Origin: Phaeosaccion multiseriatum
Lineage: Eukaryota > Protista > Ochrophyta, other classes
DNA: 64,000 nucleotides
Direction of reading: 5' to 3'
Assembly (NCBI GenBank): GCA_965112735.1
Contig: OZ218958.1
Location: forward strand, 930,001 to 994,000
Part shown: positions 1 to 10,589 of the stretch, one piece after another
How positions within the stretch are numbered: position 1 is the first letter of the stretch
Layout: each line of letters begins with the position of its first letter
Position numbers and translations under genes: made by a program
The notes under the pieces: model-generated
Seen by the model: the letters and a program-made list of their open reading frames with translations, nothing else
What the model was told of the DNA's origin: nothing
The model's database searches: none

Positions 1-1810
1 CTCTCTCCCTCGCTCCCTCCGTTTCTGACCCCCCCCCCTCTGTCTCTCCATCTACATCTCTCTCTGACGGTTTAAGCTTTCGTTGTGTCTCTCCCTCCCT
101 CTGTCTCACCCTCTGTACCCCTTTCTCTCCCTCCCTCCCTCCCTCCCTCCCTCCCTCCCTCCCTCTCTCCCTCCCTCCCTCCCTCCCTCCCTCCCTCTCT
201 TCCATGCCGCAGGCCTGTCAAGACCACCCCCCTGAGCCTTGTTCCCTTGGTGGTAATGGTGGAGGGCGTCCTCACTGGGGCAGAGTGTGCGGAGATTGTC
301 AGCATCGGTAAATCGAAGGTGGAAGCTTCCCACGTAATGGGGAAGGCAGGGTCAAAGTCGAGGTGAGCCGATGCTGCTCCCTGCTCCAGCAGGGGGGTAT
401 GCATATGGTGGGAAAGAAGGGGTGCGTGAGTGCGTGTGTGTGTGTACGTATGTATATATGTGTATATGTGTGTTTGGGTGCATGTGGCGGCCATGCTCTG
501 CTGTCATGCTCGTGGTGGTGTTTCTCTTCCCGCGCGTTGGGATGCAGTGCGTATTACCAGAGAGAGCAGCAGCTCTGGAGGACCACCTTGTGCTGACTTG
601 TCTTGCTAAGCGTCTCTCTCTCTCTCCCTCTTGTCTCTCTCTCTCTTTCTCTGTCTCTCCCCCTCTCCCTCCCTCTCCCTCTCTCTCTGCTCTGTCCTTC
701 ATCACATATTGGTGCGTAATCACAGAGTGAGTGAGTGAGAGTGCGTTCCTACCATATGGGGTGGGAGGAGACAAGTCCATTCTCCGCACCTTTCGAGACG
801 GAATGGAGAACATCTTGGCGTTTCGGCCAGAGTAAGTAATCCCCCTTTCGTCGCCATCATCACTCTCCACCTCCTTGTCCTGCCCCCCCCCGCCCCCCTT
901 GTGGTAGCTCCGACCACCCTCACACGGGATATCCACGCACACAACACACCAATGTTAGCCCCCCACTCACTGCCATCCATCCATTGCCATCTCCCTCCCT
1001 CCAGGAGCGTCTTCTCGGCGGGCTGCGAGGACGTGCAGCTTGTGCGCTACGAAGAAGGAGGCCGCTTCGACATACACCACGACTCCACAGCCTTCCACCC
1101 CCGCTACCTCACCGCCCTGGCCTATCTCAACGACGTGCCCGGAGAGGGAGGCGGGACGTGGTTTCCGCTTGCCAATGGAGGGGAAGCTGTCGATACCGGT
1201 GATGGTGGTCAGGAATGTGAGGAAGGGGGGAGGGAGGGGGCCAACGAGAAGGTGCAGCAGCAGCAGCAGCAGCAGCAGCAGCGGGAGTAGTAGCAAGACG
1301 AGGCGAAGGCGGCGTGATTGTGACGCCCAAGTTGGGATCGGTGGTGGTGTTTTTCAATCACAAGCCCACTGGGGGTGGGGGTGTGGATGGCAGTGGAGGG
1401 GCTGATGCCGTGTTGGACGCTTCGGCTGTGCACGCAGGTTTTCCCCTCGCCGCCGGACAGAGCAAATGGGTCATGAATCTGTGGTGGAAGCCCCCTTGAT
1501 GCTGGAGGATGATGCCGTTGATGATGCGGTGATGGTGATGGTGATGACGATGACGGGCGGACCACACACCACACACCAACACACGCCGAATACTGTAGAC
1601 CGCAACAAGGTTGTGGAGTCTTTTTTGTCCTCAACACAGAGTTCCGTGCGAGCAGCGACCTTCTCGATCATGTACCGAGATGTGTCAGAGGGATGGAGGG
1701 CCAGTGTCCGGTTTCAGTGTCCTGTTTGTCCAGTTCTCCGTCGGGTTCATCCTCTCTGATCGAGGCCACAGCGGCAGACTCTGAGCTGCAGTTGAAGGCG
1801 ACATGACACC
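1..1810 (+). repeat. Segmental direct duplication, copy 1 (5' end lies outside the window)
   Basis: Position 1 (ctctctccctcgctccctcc) matches 4834. Near-identity, introns included, continues to about 1810 (gacacc), which matches about 6665. Confidence 0.95.
213..1499 (+). CDS. Prolyl 4-hydroxylase-like 2OG-Fe(II) oxygenase, copy 1 (5' exon(s) outside window; apparent 1-nt frameshift)
   Basis: Exons at about 213-362, 730-832 and 1005-1499; the second exon's boundaries are approximate. Motifs: LSLVPLVVMVEGVLTGAEC; EDVQLVRYEEGGRFDIHHDS (HxD); RYLTALAYLNDVPGEGGGTWFP; PKLGSVVVFFN; HAGFPLAAGQSKWVMNLW. The frame breaks at the G run near 1225-1230. Confidence 0.85.
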
Positions 1811-2188
1811 TCCTTAGCTGCTGCTCCTACTGCTCCTACTGGGTCGGTTACCGCGCCTCTTGCTACTAGAGAAAACAGAGCCTTTGGGTAAATATTTATC
1901 CCTAGGAGAGAGAGAGAGATTGGGGGGGGGGCGGAGGTCTTGAAGTGCCATCCATGGTTTGCCTAAAAGTAACATCTCACCCTTGTGTCGAATCGAGGGT
2001 TCGTGGCGGGCTCTCTCGAGCGCCACTGTGGGAGGCACGGCACCAACCGTGTGAATCGTGGAGCAACAACACGCCCGCAGGCGGGAGGAGCTGACTTCCA
2101 TTTACGGCGGCGCTAGGGCTCTCAGCACCGCGCCCCCCACCCTGTGTTTTCCTCCTTCCCCCCAAAGCTTAGAGGACTGGGAAGAGCA

Positions 2189-4192
2189 ATGAAACGCCGC
2201 GCTCAGGAGTGCCGGCAGCAGGGAGAGGTGGGAGAGGCGGGGAGGATGATATCTCACAGTCCCCAGCAGCAGAGCGCCGCTGGTCCCTCTACTGCGTGCA
2301 GAGCCCAAGCTGGGGACAGCAGGAGCCAGACTGTAGCGGCCTGGGGTGTTCTCGATACCGTACTGCGGAGCAAGGAACTTTGGGGTGTCAGCCGGGCCCT
2401 CGACGAGGTGACATCACGCACTCTCGTGCTGAACTTCGCTGTACCCGCCCCTGTCCTACAGCATATGCTCGGTCTCCTCCGGTGGCAGCAGCGGGAAGAG
2501 GAGAAGCACACTCGTGCATCACCATCTCTAGCGGCAGAGGTGGGGGCCGTTGGCAGCGGAGAGGGAGTGGGAGGCCTTGGGGGAGGCAAACCGAGACGCA
2601 CGTTCAGTGTTGCAGCTGTGCGCCTGGGCCCCAGCAGGAGCTACTTTCATGGTCTGGATCTGACCTCTGCTGGCGATGCTGTGGTCACGAAGGCGTTGGC
2701 GCTATTGCCGGCATCGGTCAAGCGTGTGTGTTTCTCGGACCATTTCAACCAAGGTAACATCACATTACCAAGAACCGTGGAGGAGGTGCAGATGGGGCGG
2801 GACTTCAACCTCCCTTTGGATCTCCCCGCCTCGCTGAAGAAGATCACATTTGGCGAAAGGTTCAATCAGCACGTGGTCCTTCCTTGCGGTGTGGAGGAGG
2901 TGCACATGGGGTGTGGCTTCAACCTCCCTCTGGAGCTGCCCGCTTCGCTGAAGAAGGTCACATTTGGCGAACGCTTCAATCAGCACGTGGTCCTCCCTTG
3001 CGGTGTGGAGGATGTGGTGATGGGGTGGGACTTCAACCTCCCATTGAATCTCCCCCCTTCGCTGAAGAAGGTCACATTTGGCTGGATGTTCAATCAGCAC
3101 GTGGCCCTTCCTTGCGGTGTGGAGGAGGTGCGCATGGGTAGGCACTTCAACCTCCCTTTGGAGCTGCCTGTCTCGCTGAAGAAGATCAGCTTTAGCGCAA
3201 GATTCAATCAGCACGTGGTCTTTCCTTGCGGTGTGGAGGAGGTGGTGATGGGTTGGGCTTTTAACCTCCCTGTGGACCTACCTGCCTCGCTGAAGAAGAT
3301 CACATTTGGTCTTGACTGCAAGCAGCATGTGGTCCTTCCTTGCGGTGTGGAGGAGGTGGAGATGAGTAGGGAGTTTAACCTCCCTCTTGAGCTGCCCGCT
3401 TCGCTGAAGAAGATCACATTTGGCGCAAGGTTCAATCAGCACGTGGTCCTTCCTTGCGGTGTGGAGGAGGTGCACATGGGGTATTTCTTCAACCTCCCTC
3501 TGGCCCTGCCTGCCTCGCTGAAGAAGATCAAATTTAGCGAAAGGTTCAATCGGCACGTGGTCCTTCCTTGTGGTGTGGAGGAGGTGCAGATGGGGTGGGA
3601 CTTTAACCTCCCTCTGGCCCTGCCTGCTTCGCTGAAGAAGATCAGATTTGGCGGGAGATTCAATCAGCACGTGGTCCTTCCTTGCGGTGTGGAGGAGGTG
3701 GAGATGGGGCATTACTTTAACCTCCCTCTGGACCTACCTGCCTCGCTGAAGAAGATCACATTTGGCGAAAGGTTCAATCAGCACGTGGTCCTTCCTTGCG
3801 GTGTGGAGGAGGTAGAAATGGGGCATGACTTTAACCTCCCTCTGGAGCTGCCCGCTTCGCTCCGGAGTCTATGGTTGGAAACGAAATACACTTGCCATTT
3901 GGAGAATCTGCCCGCTGGCCTGAGGGATCTGACGGTTGGGCGGGGATGTTCTCTGCCTGCAGATATTCCCGAGGGACTTCTGGTAGACTACCACTACCAC
4001 GGCTCTTTTATTTATGATGATGAGGATGACGACGAGGACGACGACGACGATGCTGATGACGATGATTATGATGATGATAATGATGATGAGGATGAGGAGG
4101 AGGAAGAGGAAGAGGAGGAGGAGGAGGAGGAGGAGGAGGAGGAGGAGGAAGAGCAGGAGGAGGATGATGAAGATGGCGATGTCGATGTCTAG
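2189..4192 (+). CDS. Intronless FNIP-repeat (LRR-like) protein with acidic D/E tail and possible degenerate F-box-like N-terminus
   Basis: ORF 2144-4192 with first ATG at 2189. Alternating 19-aa units FNLPLxLPASLKKITFGxx and FNQHVVLPCGVEEVxMGxx. C-terminal poly-D/E. Confidence 0.85.
   Translation: MKRRAQECRQQGEVGEAGRMISHSPQQQSAAGPSTACRAQAGDSRSQTVAAWGVLDTVLRSKELWGVSRALDEVTSRTLVLNFAVPAPVLQHMLGLLRWQQREEEKHTRASPSLAAEVGAVGSGEGVGGLGGGKPRRTFSVAAVRLGPSRSYFHGLDLTSAGDAVVTKALALLPASVKRVCFSDHFNQGNITLPRTVEEVQMGRDFNLPLDLPASLKKITFGERFNQHVVLPCGVEEVHMGCGFNLPLELPASLKKVTFGERFNQHVVLPCGVEDVVMGWDFNLPLNLPPSLKKVTFGWMFNQHVALPCGVEEVRMGRHFNLPLELPVSLKKISFSARFNQHVVFPCGVEEVVMGWAFNLPVDLPASLKKITFGLDCKQHVVLPCGVEEVEMSREFNLPLELPASLKKITFGARFNQHVVLPCGVEEVHMGYFFNLPLALPASLKKIKFSERFNRHVVLPCGVEEVQMGWDFNLPLALPASLKKIRFGGRFNQHVVLPCGVEEVEMGHYFNLPLDLPASLKKITFGERFNQHVVLPCGVEEVEMGHDFNLPLELPASLRSLWLETKYTCHLENLPAGLRDLTVGRGCSLPADIPEGLLVDYHYHGSFIYDDEDDDEDDDDDADDDDYDDDNDDEDEEEEEEEEEEEEEEEEEEEEQEEDDEDGDVDV
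2804..3865 (+). repeat. Coding tandem array of nine full 114-bp (38-aa) units plus a partial unit
   Basis: The TTY AAC CTC CCW motif recurs with a 114-bp period from 2804 to 3830. Confidence 0.95.
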
Positions 4193-4597
4193 GAGACGTG
4201 CCCGGAGGAGGTGCAGCTCTATGAGAATGCAACGCACGAAACAAGGCCACTGTCAGGGGCAGGGTCAGGGGCAGAGTCAGGGGACGACGACTGATGGGAG
4301 TGAGGCGCGGACCGAGGCAGAGACCTGGGGGAGAGGGGGCGGGAGGTATCGGAGGGAGGCAGCACTGAGGAGGAGTCCTTCACCCTCACCCTCGTACCGC
4401 TTTGGCCGCTCGGAGGAGGAGCGGAGGAGGAGAAGGGTCTGGACGGACAGGGACAGAGAGCCCAAGGTGAGCAGAGCCCCCTCCCCGCCCTTCGACTTAC
4501 GTGCCAGCTTCCACGGTCTGCGACCGCAGCAGAGTACATGTACGCAAGGGATCAAGCATCTACTACAAATGTATCGTGTTGCAGGACTCTCCTGTAG

Positions 4598-6352
4598 CTT
4601 GCTTTGACCTCCCTACTCTCCAACACTGCTGCCCTCTCCACCTCCAGAAGCAGCAGCAGCAGCAGCAGCAGGGAAGACTTCTTGTGGATGACTTCAGTGC
4701 TATCTGATACGCTCGTGGGGGAGCAGTACGGTTTGGGAACCGTAGACGACGAGATCGGTCTCACCAGGTGAGGCAGTCGGCTTCTGGCCGTCCTCTCTCT
4801 CCCTCTCACCCGTACTTTGTTTCCATCTGTCTCCTCTCTCCCTCGCTCCCTCCGTTTCTGAACCCCCCCCCCTCTGTCTCTCCATCTACATCTCTCTCTC
4901 TCTCACGCCTTTAGCTTTCGTTTTGTCTCTCCCTCCCTCTGTCTCACCCTCTCTACCCCTTTGTCTCCCTCCCTCCCTCCCTCTCCCTCCCTCACTCCCT
5001 CCCTCCCTCCCTCCCTCCCTCTCTTCCATACCGCAGGCCTGTCAAGACCACCCCCCTGAGCCTTGTTCCCTTGGTGGTATTGGTGGAGGGCGTCCTCACT
5101 GGGGCAGAATGTGCGGAGATTGTCAGCATCGGTAAATCCAAGGTGGAAGCTTCCCACGTAATGGGGAAGGTAGGGTCAAAGTCGAGGTGAGCCGATGCTG
5201 CTCCCTGCTCCAGCAGGGGGGTATGCATATGGTGGGAAAGAGGGGGTGCGTGAGTGCGTGTGTATATGTGTGTGTACGTATATGTGTGTATATGTGTGTG
5301 TGTGTACGTATGTACGTATATGTGTGTATATGTGTGTTTGGGCGTATGTGGCCGCCATGCTCTGCTGTCATGCTCGTGGTGGTGCTTCTCTTCCCGCGCG
5401 TTGGCGTGCAGTGCGTATTACAGAGAGCAGCAGCTCTGAAAGACCACCTTGTGCTGACTTGTCTTTCTAAGCGTCTCTCTCTCCCCCTCTCCCTCTCTCT
5501 CTGCTCTGTCCTTCATCATATACTGGTGCGTAATCACAGAGTCAGTGAGTGAGAGTGCGTTCCTACCATATGGGGTGGGAGGAGGCAAGTCCATTCTCCG
5601 CACCTTTCGAGACGGAATGGAGAACATCTTGGCGTTTCGGCCAGAGTAAGTAAACCCCCTTTCGTTGCCATCCTCACTCTCAACCTTCTTGTCCTGCCCC
5701 CCCCCTCCCTGCCATCCTCACTCTCCACCTCCTTGTCCTGCCCCCCCCCCCCACCCCTTGTGGTAGCTCCGACCACCCTCACACGGGATATCCACACACA
5801 CAACACACCAATGTTAGCCCCCCACCCACTGCCATCCATCCATTGCCATCTCCCTCCCTCCAGGAACGTCTTCTCGGCGGGCTGCGAGGACGTGCAGCTT
5901 GTGCGCTACGAAGAAGGAGGCCGCTTCGACGTACACCACGACTCCACAGCCTTCCACCCCCGCTACCTCACCGCCCTGGCCTATCTCAACGACGTGCCGG
6001 AGAGGGAGGCGGGACGTGGTTTCCGCTTGCCAATGGAGGGGAAGCTGTCGATACCGGTGATGGTGGTCAGGAATGTGAGGAAGGGGGGGAGGGAGGGGGC
6101 CAACGAGAAGGTGCAGCAGCAGCAGCAGCAGCAGCGGGAGTAGTAGCAAGACGAGGCGAAGGCGGCGTGATTGTGACGCCCAAGCTGGGATCGGTGGTGG
6201 TGTTTTTCAATCACAAGCCCACTGGGGGTGGGGGTGTGGATGGCAGTGGAGGGGCTGATGCCGTGTTGGACGCTTCGGCTGTGCATGCAGGTTTTCCCCT
6301 CGCCGCCGGACAGAGCAAATGGGTCATGAATCTGTGGTGGAAGCCCCCTTGA
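4598..6352 (+). CDS. Prolyl 4-hydroxylase-like 2OG-Fe(II) oxygenase, copy 2 (apparent 1-nt frameshift, 5' end uncertain)
   Basis: Same motifs as copy 1, plus an upstream exon at about 4598-4767 ending ACCAG|gtgagg. The frame breaks at about 5997 (gtgccgg here versus gtgcccgg in copy 1). Confidence 0.8.
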
Positions 6353-6665
6353 TGCTGGAGGATGATGCCGTTGATGATGCGGTGATGGTGATGGTGATGA
6401 CGATGACGGGCGGACCCACGCCACACACACAAACACACCGCCGAATACTATAGACAACAACAAGGTTGTGGAGTCTTTTTCGTCCTCAACACAGAGGTCC
6501 GTGCGAGCAGCGACCTTCTCGATCATGTACCGAGATGTGTCAGAGGGATGGAGGGCCAGTGTCCGGTTTCAGTGTCCTGTTTGTCCTGTTCTCGGTCGGG
6601 TTCATCCTCTCTGAGCGAGGCCACAGCGGCAGACTCTGAGCTGCAGTTGAAGGCGACACGACACC
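4834..6665 (+). repeat. Segmental direct duplication, copy 2
   Basis: Near-identical to 1-1810, with SNPs and small microsatellite indels. Confidence 0.95.
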
Positions 6666-6966
6666 TATTTTGCGTCGTTGCTACATAGAGCAAAAAAAAT
6701 ATTCACTGACATACTCGATATATTGACTTCACAGCTGGCGGCTCGGGCCTGAACAACAGTAGCGCTCCAGCGGGCCCGACACGAACGATCGGTTCGCCAC
6801 AGGATCCTGGCTGGTATCAACTTTGTTCCAATGGGAAGAACTGATGAGTCAGAGGGACACGACCTCGAGGGCTAAGTTCCCCGGGGCGGTGAGACATTAC
6901 TTTTAGACAACCATAGATGGCACTTAAGGGTGTAATATATTTTGTGAACAAGAATACCAGCTCAAG

Positions 6967-9900
6967 ATGGGCAAGTCGCCGAGAAAGGCAATGGGGAGTA
7001 TCTCCCCAGCGTCTGCCAGTCCTCGGAGTCGGGCCAACAGCACGAGCAGCAGCAACTTTGCTGTTGCGGCTGTACGGAAGAAGCCCCTCTCTCCTGCCGG
7101 GGCGCACAAGAGCCCGTCTCCCACGTCGGTCACGGCTGCCGTGGCTTCCCTCTCCAGAAATGGCTTGGAGACCGACGCGAACGATTGCGGCGGCAGAGGG
7201 AGGCCTGCACCTGCAGCCCCTCCGACACCCGCACCAGCATCCCTGTCATCCATCCTGCTGGCTCCAGTGGAGGGCACACGACTGGGCATGGGGGACCACA
7301 GTAGCAGCAGCAGCACTCGCTCGGGACAGGCCATCAACCGCAGTACTAGCAACAGCAGCCTCAACAGGGGCGTCGAGGGGGGCGCCACCCAAAGTAGTAG
7401 AGGGGATAATCGCCCCCCTGCAAGCTTTGCAGAGCTGGCGACTAAGCGCCTGGGGTCGTTGTCTTTGCTGGTGCGACGCTGTGAGAAGGTGAGGGTTGGG
7501 GCCATCGCAGTCGCAAGTTTACAACATGTTCTTGCCTCCTTCGGTTGTGAGTGACGAGGGTTTCGCATGGGAGCGTGTAAAGTGACGGGGGGGGGGGGGG
7601 GTGGAGGAGGTAGTTGTATGTCATGAGTACTTCCGGCATGCATGCAGATAGATACACAAGCATCGCGATAGTGGAGGAGGGGGGGAGCTGGTCCTAAGAT
7701 CTCTCACATGCCAAGCTTCTCCTCTGCACCCCAACACATACACACACACACACACATACAGGAGGCAGAAGAGGTTTCCCTCATCCAATCCTTCTACAAC
7801 GCAAAGCCCCCACAGCCAGCGTCGTCGCCCCCTCCTCCTGTCCGCAAGCGACGGCACCGCTGCAACAGATCCAGCGGCGGTGCAGGCAGCAAGTCTCCAG
7901 TGCCCCAGCGCCTCCGAGGTGCCGCTGCTGCGCACACCTTGTCCCCTCCCAAGCCTCTGTCGTTGACCTTGCAGCAGCGCCCTGTTCTATTGGGCGGTAG
8001 AAGCACCAGCAGTGGCAGCGGTGGTGGTAGTGCGGCGGCGACGACCACAGGGTGAGTCAGCAATATCTCATATGGTCTCGTGTGTGGGGCATCGTACGCA
8101 TTATCTTCCCCTCTTTCTATATACTCTATATACTACGTATATATATATATACTACGTATATATCGTATATATAGTCTTACTCTCCTTTCTTTCTCTCGCT
8201 CCTTGGACCCCCCCCCCCCCCCCTCTCTCTCTCTCTCTTCCCAGCGGCGCCAAAAAGCAGCGAAAGTCTTCTCCTAAGCCGGTGGGGAAGGCCTTCCTCC
8301 CTCCTACAGTGTCAATGGGTGCATGGCCTTCGCTCTCGCTATCCTCCCCACGAGGGACCCCAGGAGCAGGAGAGCGCTTGACCCCAAAGGGAGGCAGCAG
8401 CAGCGTTGGCCGGGCGCTCACTTCCAGCAAGGGAAGGCCTTCCCCCCCGGAGTCGTTTCCAGTCTCTCCCGCCAGGAGCCTTGGTGGAAGTGGGTCGGGC
8501 AGACGACATGGGGGGAGAGGCGTCAAGTCAGCAGTAGCAGCAGCAGGAGGAGGAGGAGGAGGAGCAGGATGCGAGGGGTCGATGCTTTCATCTGTGGGGG
8601 GCGGGAGACTGGCGCCGAGTAGAATCGCCCTTCCCAGCGACTTTCTGGGCCGCGTGTTTCAGTTTCTGCCCCTGAAAGACCTCCGCCGCCTGGCCGCCAC
8701 CTCGGCCACGCAGAATCGGCTGCTGAAGCGAGCAATTCCTGCACTGGCGATGACGTTTTCGGTGTCCATTCCGCTCTTGCGAGCAACGAATAATCTCGCT
8801 TGCAGGCCCCCGCCTTTCGCGGGGCAGGGGTTGGGCTCCACTGGTGCGGCAAGTGGGTACGAGAAAGCCGCCCCGGGAGGACTGGGAGGGGGGGATGGCG
8901 ACAGTATTGAAGGCAGCAATAGCAGCCTTGGCCGTGGTGGTGATGGCGGTGGTGATGGTGGAGGTGGTGATGGTAGCAACAGGGTTGGTGGTCGTGGTGG
9001 TGGTGGTGGTGGTGGTGGTGGTGGTGGAACTAGCCCTGCTACGTCAAGACCGAGGAGACGGGGCTTGTCCGTGTCAGCACACGGCGTTACTCGGACCTCC
9101 TCCGCCACATCGAGTGGCCCAGCGGCAGCGGATTCTCTTGTTGGTACTCCCCTCACGGTCACGGCAGAGGCCGGTCGGGGGGGGAGTGTGGTTTCTTCTC
9201 GCAGTTGGCGCGGCGAGGGCTCTCCTTCCCCTCCTCCCCCTGCAACTGCGGCGGCGGCTGCACGCACCGTCCAATCTGCCGATCGCATGAAAGCAAGACT
9301 GTCCTTTGACGGCTCTCAGTCAGGGGCGCGATCCCTCGCTGCGGCGGCGGCGGCACTTTTCCCCAGTCAGAGGGGGCAGAGAGGTGTGAGTGGTGGAAGT
9401 GGTGGTGGCGGTGAGAATCAAAGTATCAGCAGTAGCCGTAGTAGTGGGGTGCCCATGGCGACGGCGTTTTGGTTGAGCACAGAACTGACGGACGCTTCTA
9501 AGCATGGAGGCATATCGATGCAAGAGTGGGCGGCTCGACTGGATGGCGGCGGTGTGGATGCCAGAGGAACCACAGAGGAGGATGGTGGTGGAGAAGAGGG
9601 AGAGGGCAGAGGAGGAGGAGGAGGAGGAGTCGCAGAAGGAGAGGAGGAGGAGGAGGATGTTGAAGCCCAAGCAACGGCCTCTTCTGCTCTTCTACCGAGC
9701 TCCACAAGCAGAGGGCGCAGTGCCTACGGAAGCGTCAATACCAGCAGTGAGGACGAGGCGGAGCAGCAGGAGGAGGAGCAAGCCGAGGGGTCGGGTGTGT
9801 TGGGCTTCTTGTACCGTTATAGACACCCAATCACGATCGTGGGTGGGGTAGCAGCAGCGGTGTGGGTCTTCGCTGCGGCGGCAGGGGCAGCAGTTGGTGA

Positions 9901-10165
9901 TACAGCTCCACTGCTCTTGCTTGCAGCTGGAGTGTGCGTTGTTGTGGCGCTGGTGGCGGACATGGTCCTTTGCTTTGTTGCGGCACGGCAGCACCGGCGC
10001 GAGGAGGACGATGAGGACAGGGAGGAGGAGGAGGAGGAGGAGGAGGAGGAGGAGGAGGAGGAGGAGGAGGAGGTGGAAGGGGAGGTCGAGGAAGACTATG
10101 ACGAGGATGAGGAGGATGAGGAGGAGGATGGGGAGGGGGGGGATGAGGAGACAGGGCTTTTTTAA
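6967..10165 (+). CDS. Low-complexity F-box protein with C-terminal hydrophobic hairpin and acidic tail (about 3 exons)
   Basis: Exons at about 6967-7489 (|gtgagg), 7762-8051 (|gtgagt) and 8245-10165. F-box-like LPSDFLGRVFQFLPLKDLRRLAATS. Two hydrophobic segments (ITIVGGVAAAVWVFAAAAG; LLLLAAGVCVVVALVADMVLCFV). Confidence 0.65.
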
Positions 10166-10470
10166 GGGGAGGGTATTTATTGACTTAATAGGAATCACCC
10201 AAGAAATTGAAAGGGGGCGGACGTGTGTGTGTGTGTGCGTGTGCATGTGTCTCTGTGTCTCGGGGCCCTCGAGGGGCCGTTTACTCCCCCTCTCGGTCAG
10301 GGAGGGGAGATGCAGGACCAGCACCGCGGTTGAGTCGACCCAGGAAGGCGCGCTCTCGCTCCGATAGGCCACATCTGGTGGCTGCAGCTGACGAGGCTGC
10401 GAAGGCTGGTCAGGACGTGGCCCTTGGTGGTGGATGAGCCAGTGCGGCCCGTGCGGGAGACCACGTACTC
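10166..10470 (-). mobile_element. 5'-truncated 3' end of RLE-type non-LTR retrotransposon (copy A)
   Basis: 10221-10470 is similar to about 41400-41655. On the minus strand it ends (CA)n ... gattcctattaagtcAATAAAtaccctcccctt followed by AAAAAA. Confidence 0.75.
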
Positions 10471-10589
10471 GTGTAGGAGTTGGGGATATGACCCATCTGT
10501 GAGTGCCATGGAGTGCCATCTGTGACAAAATAGCTCGAAAAGATTCTCGAAGAAAACAACCTCACGCAAAATAATAATAAACTTTCACA

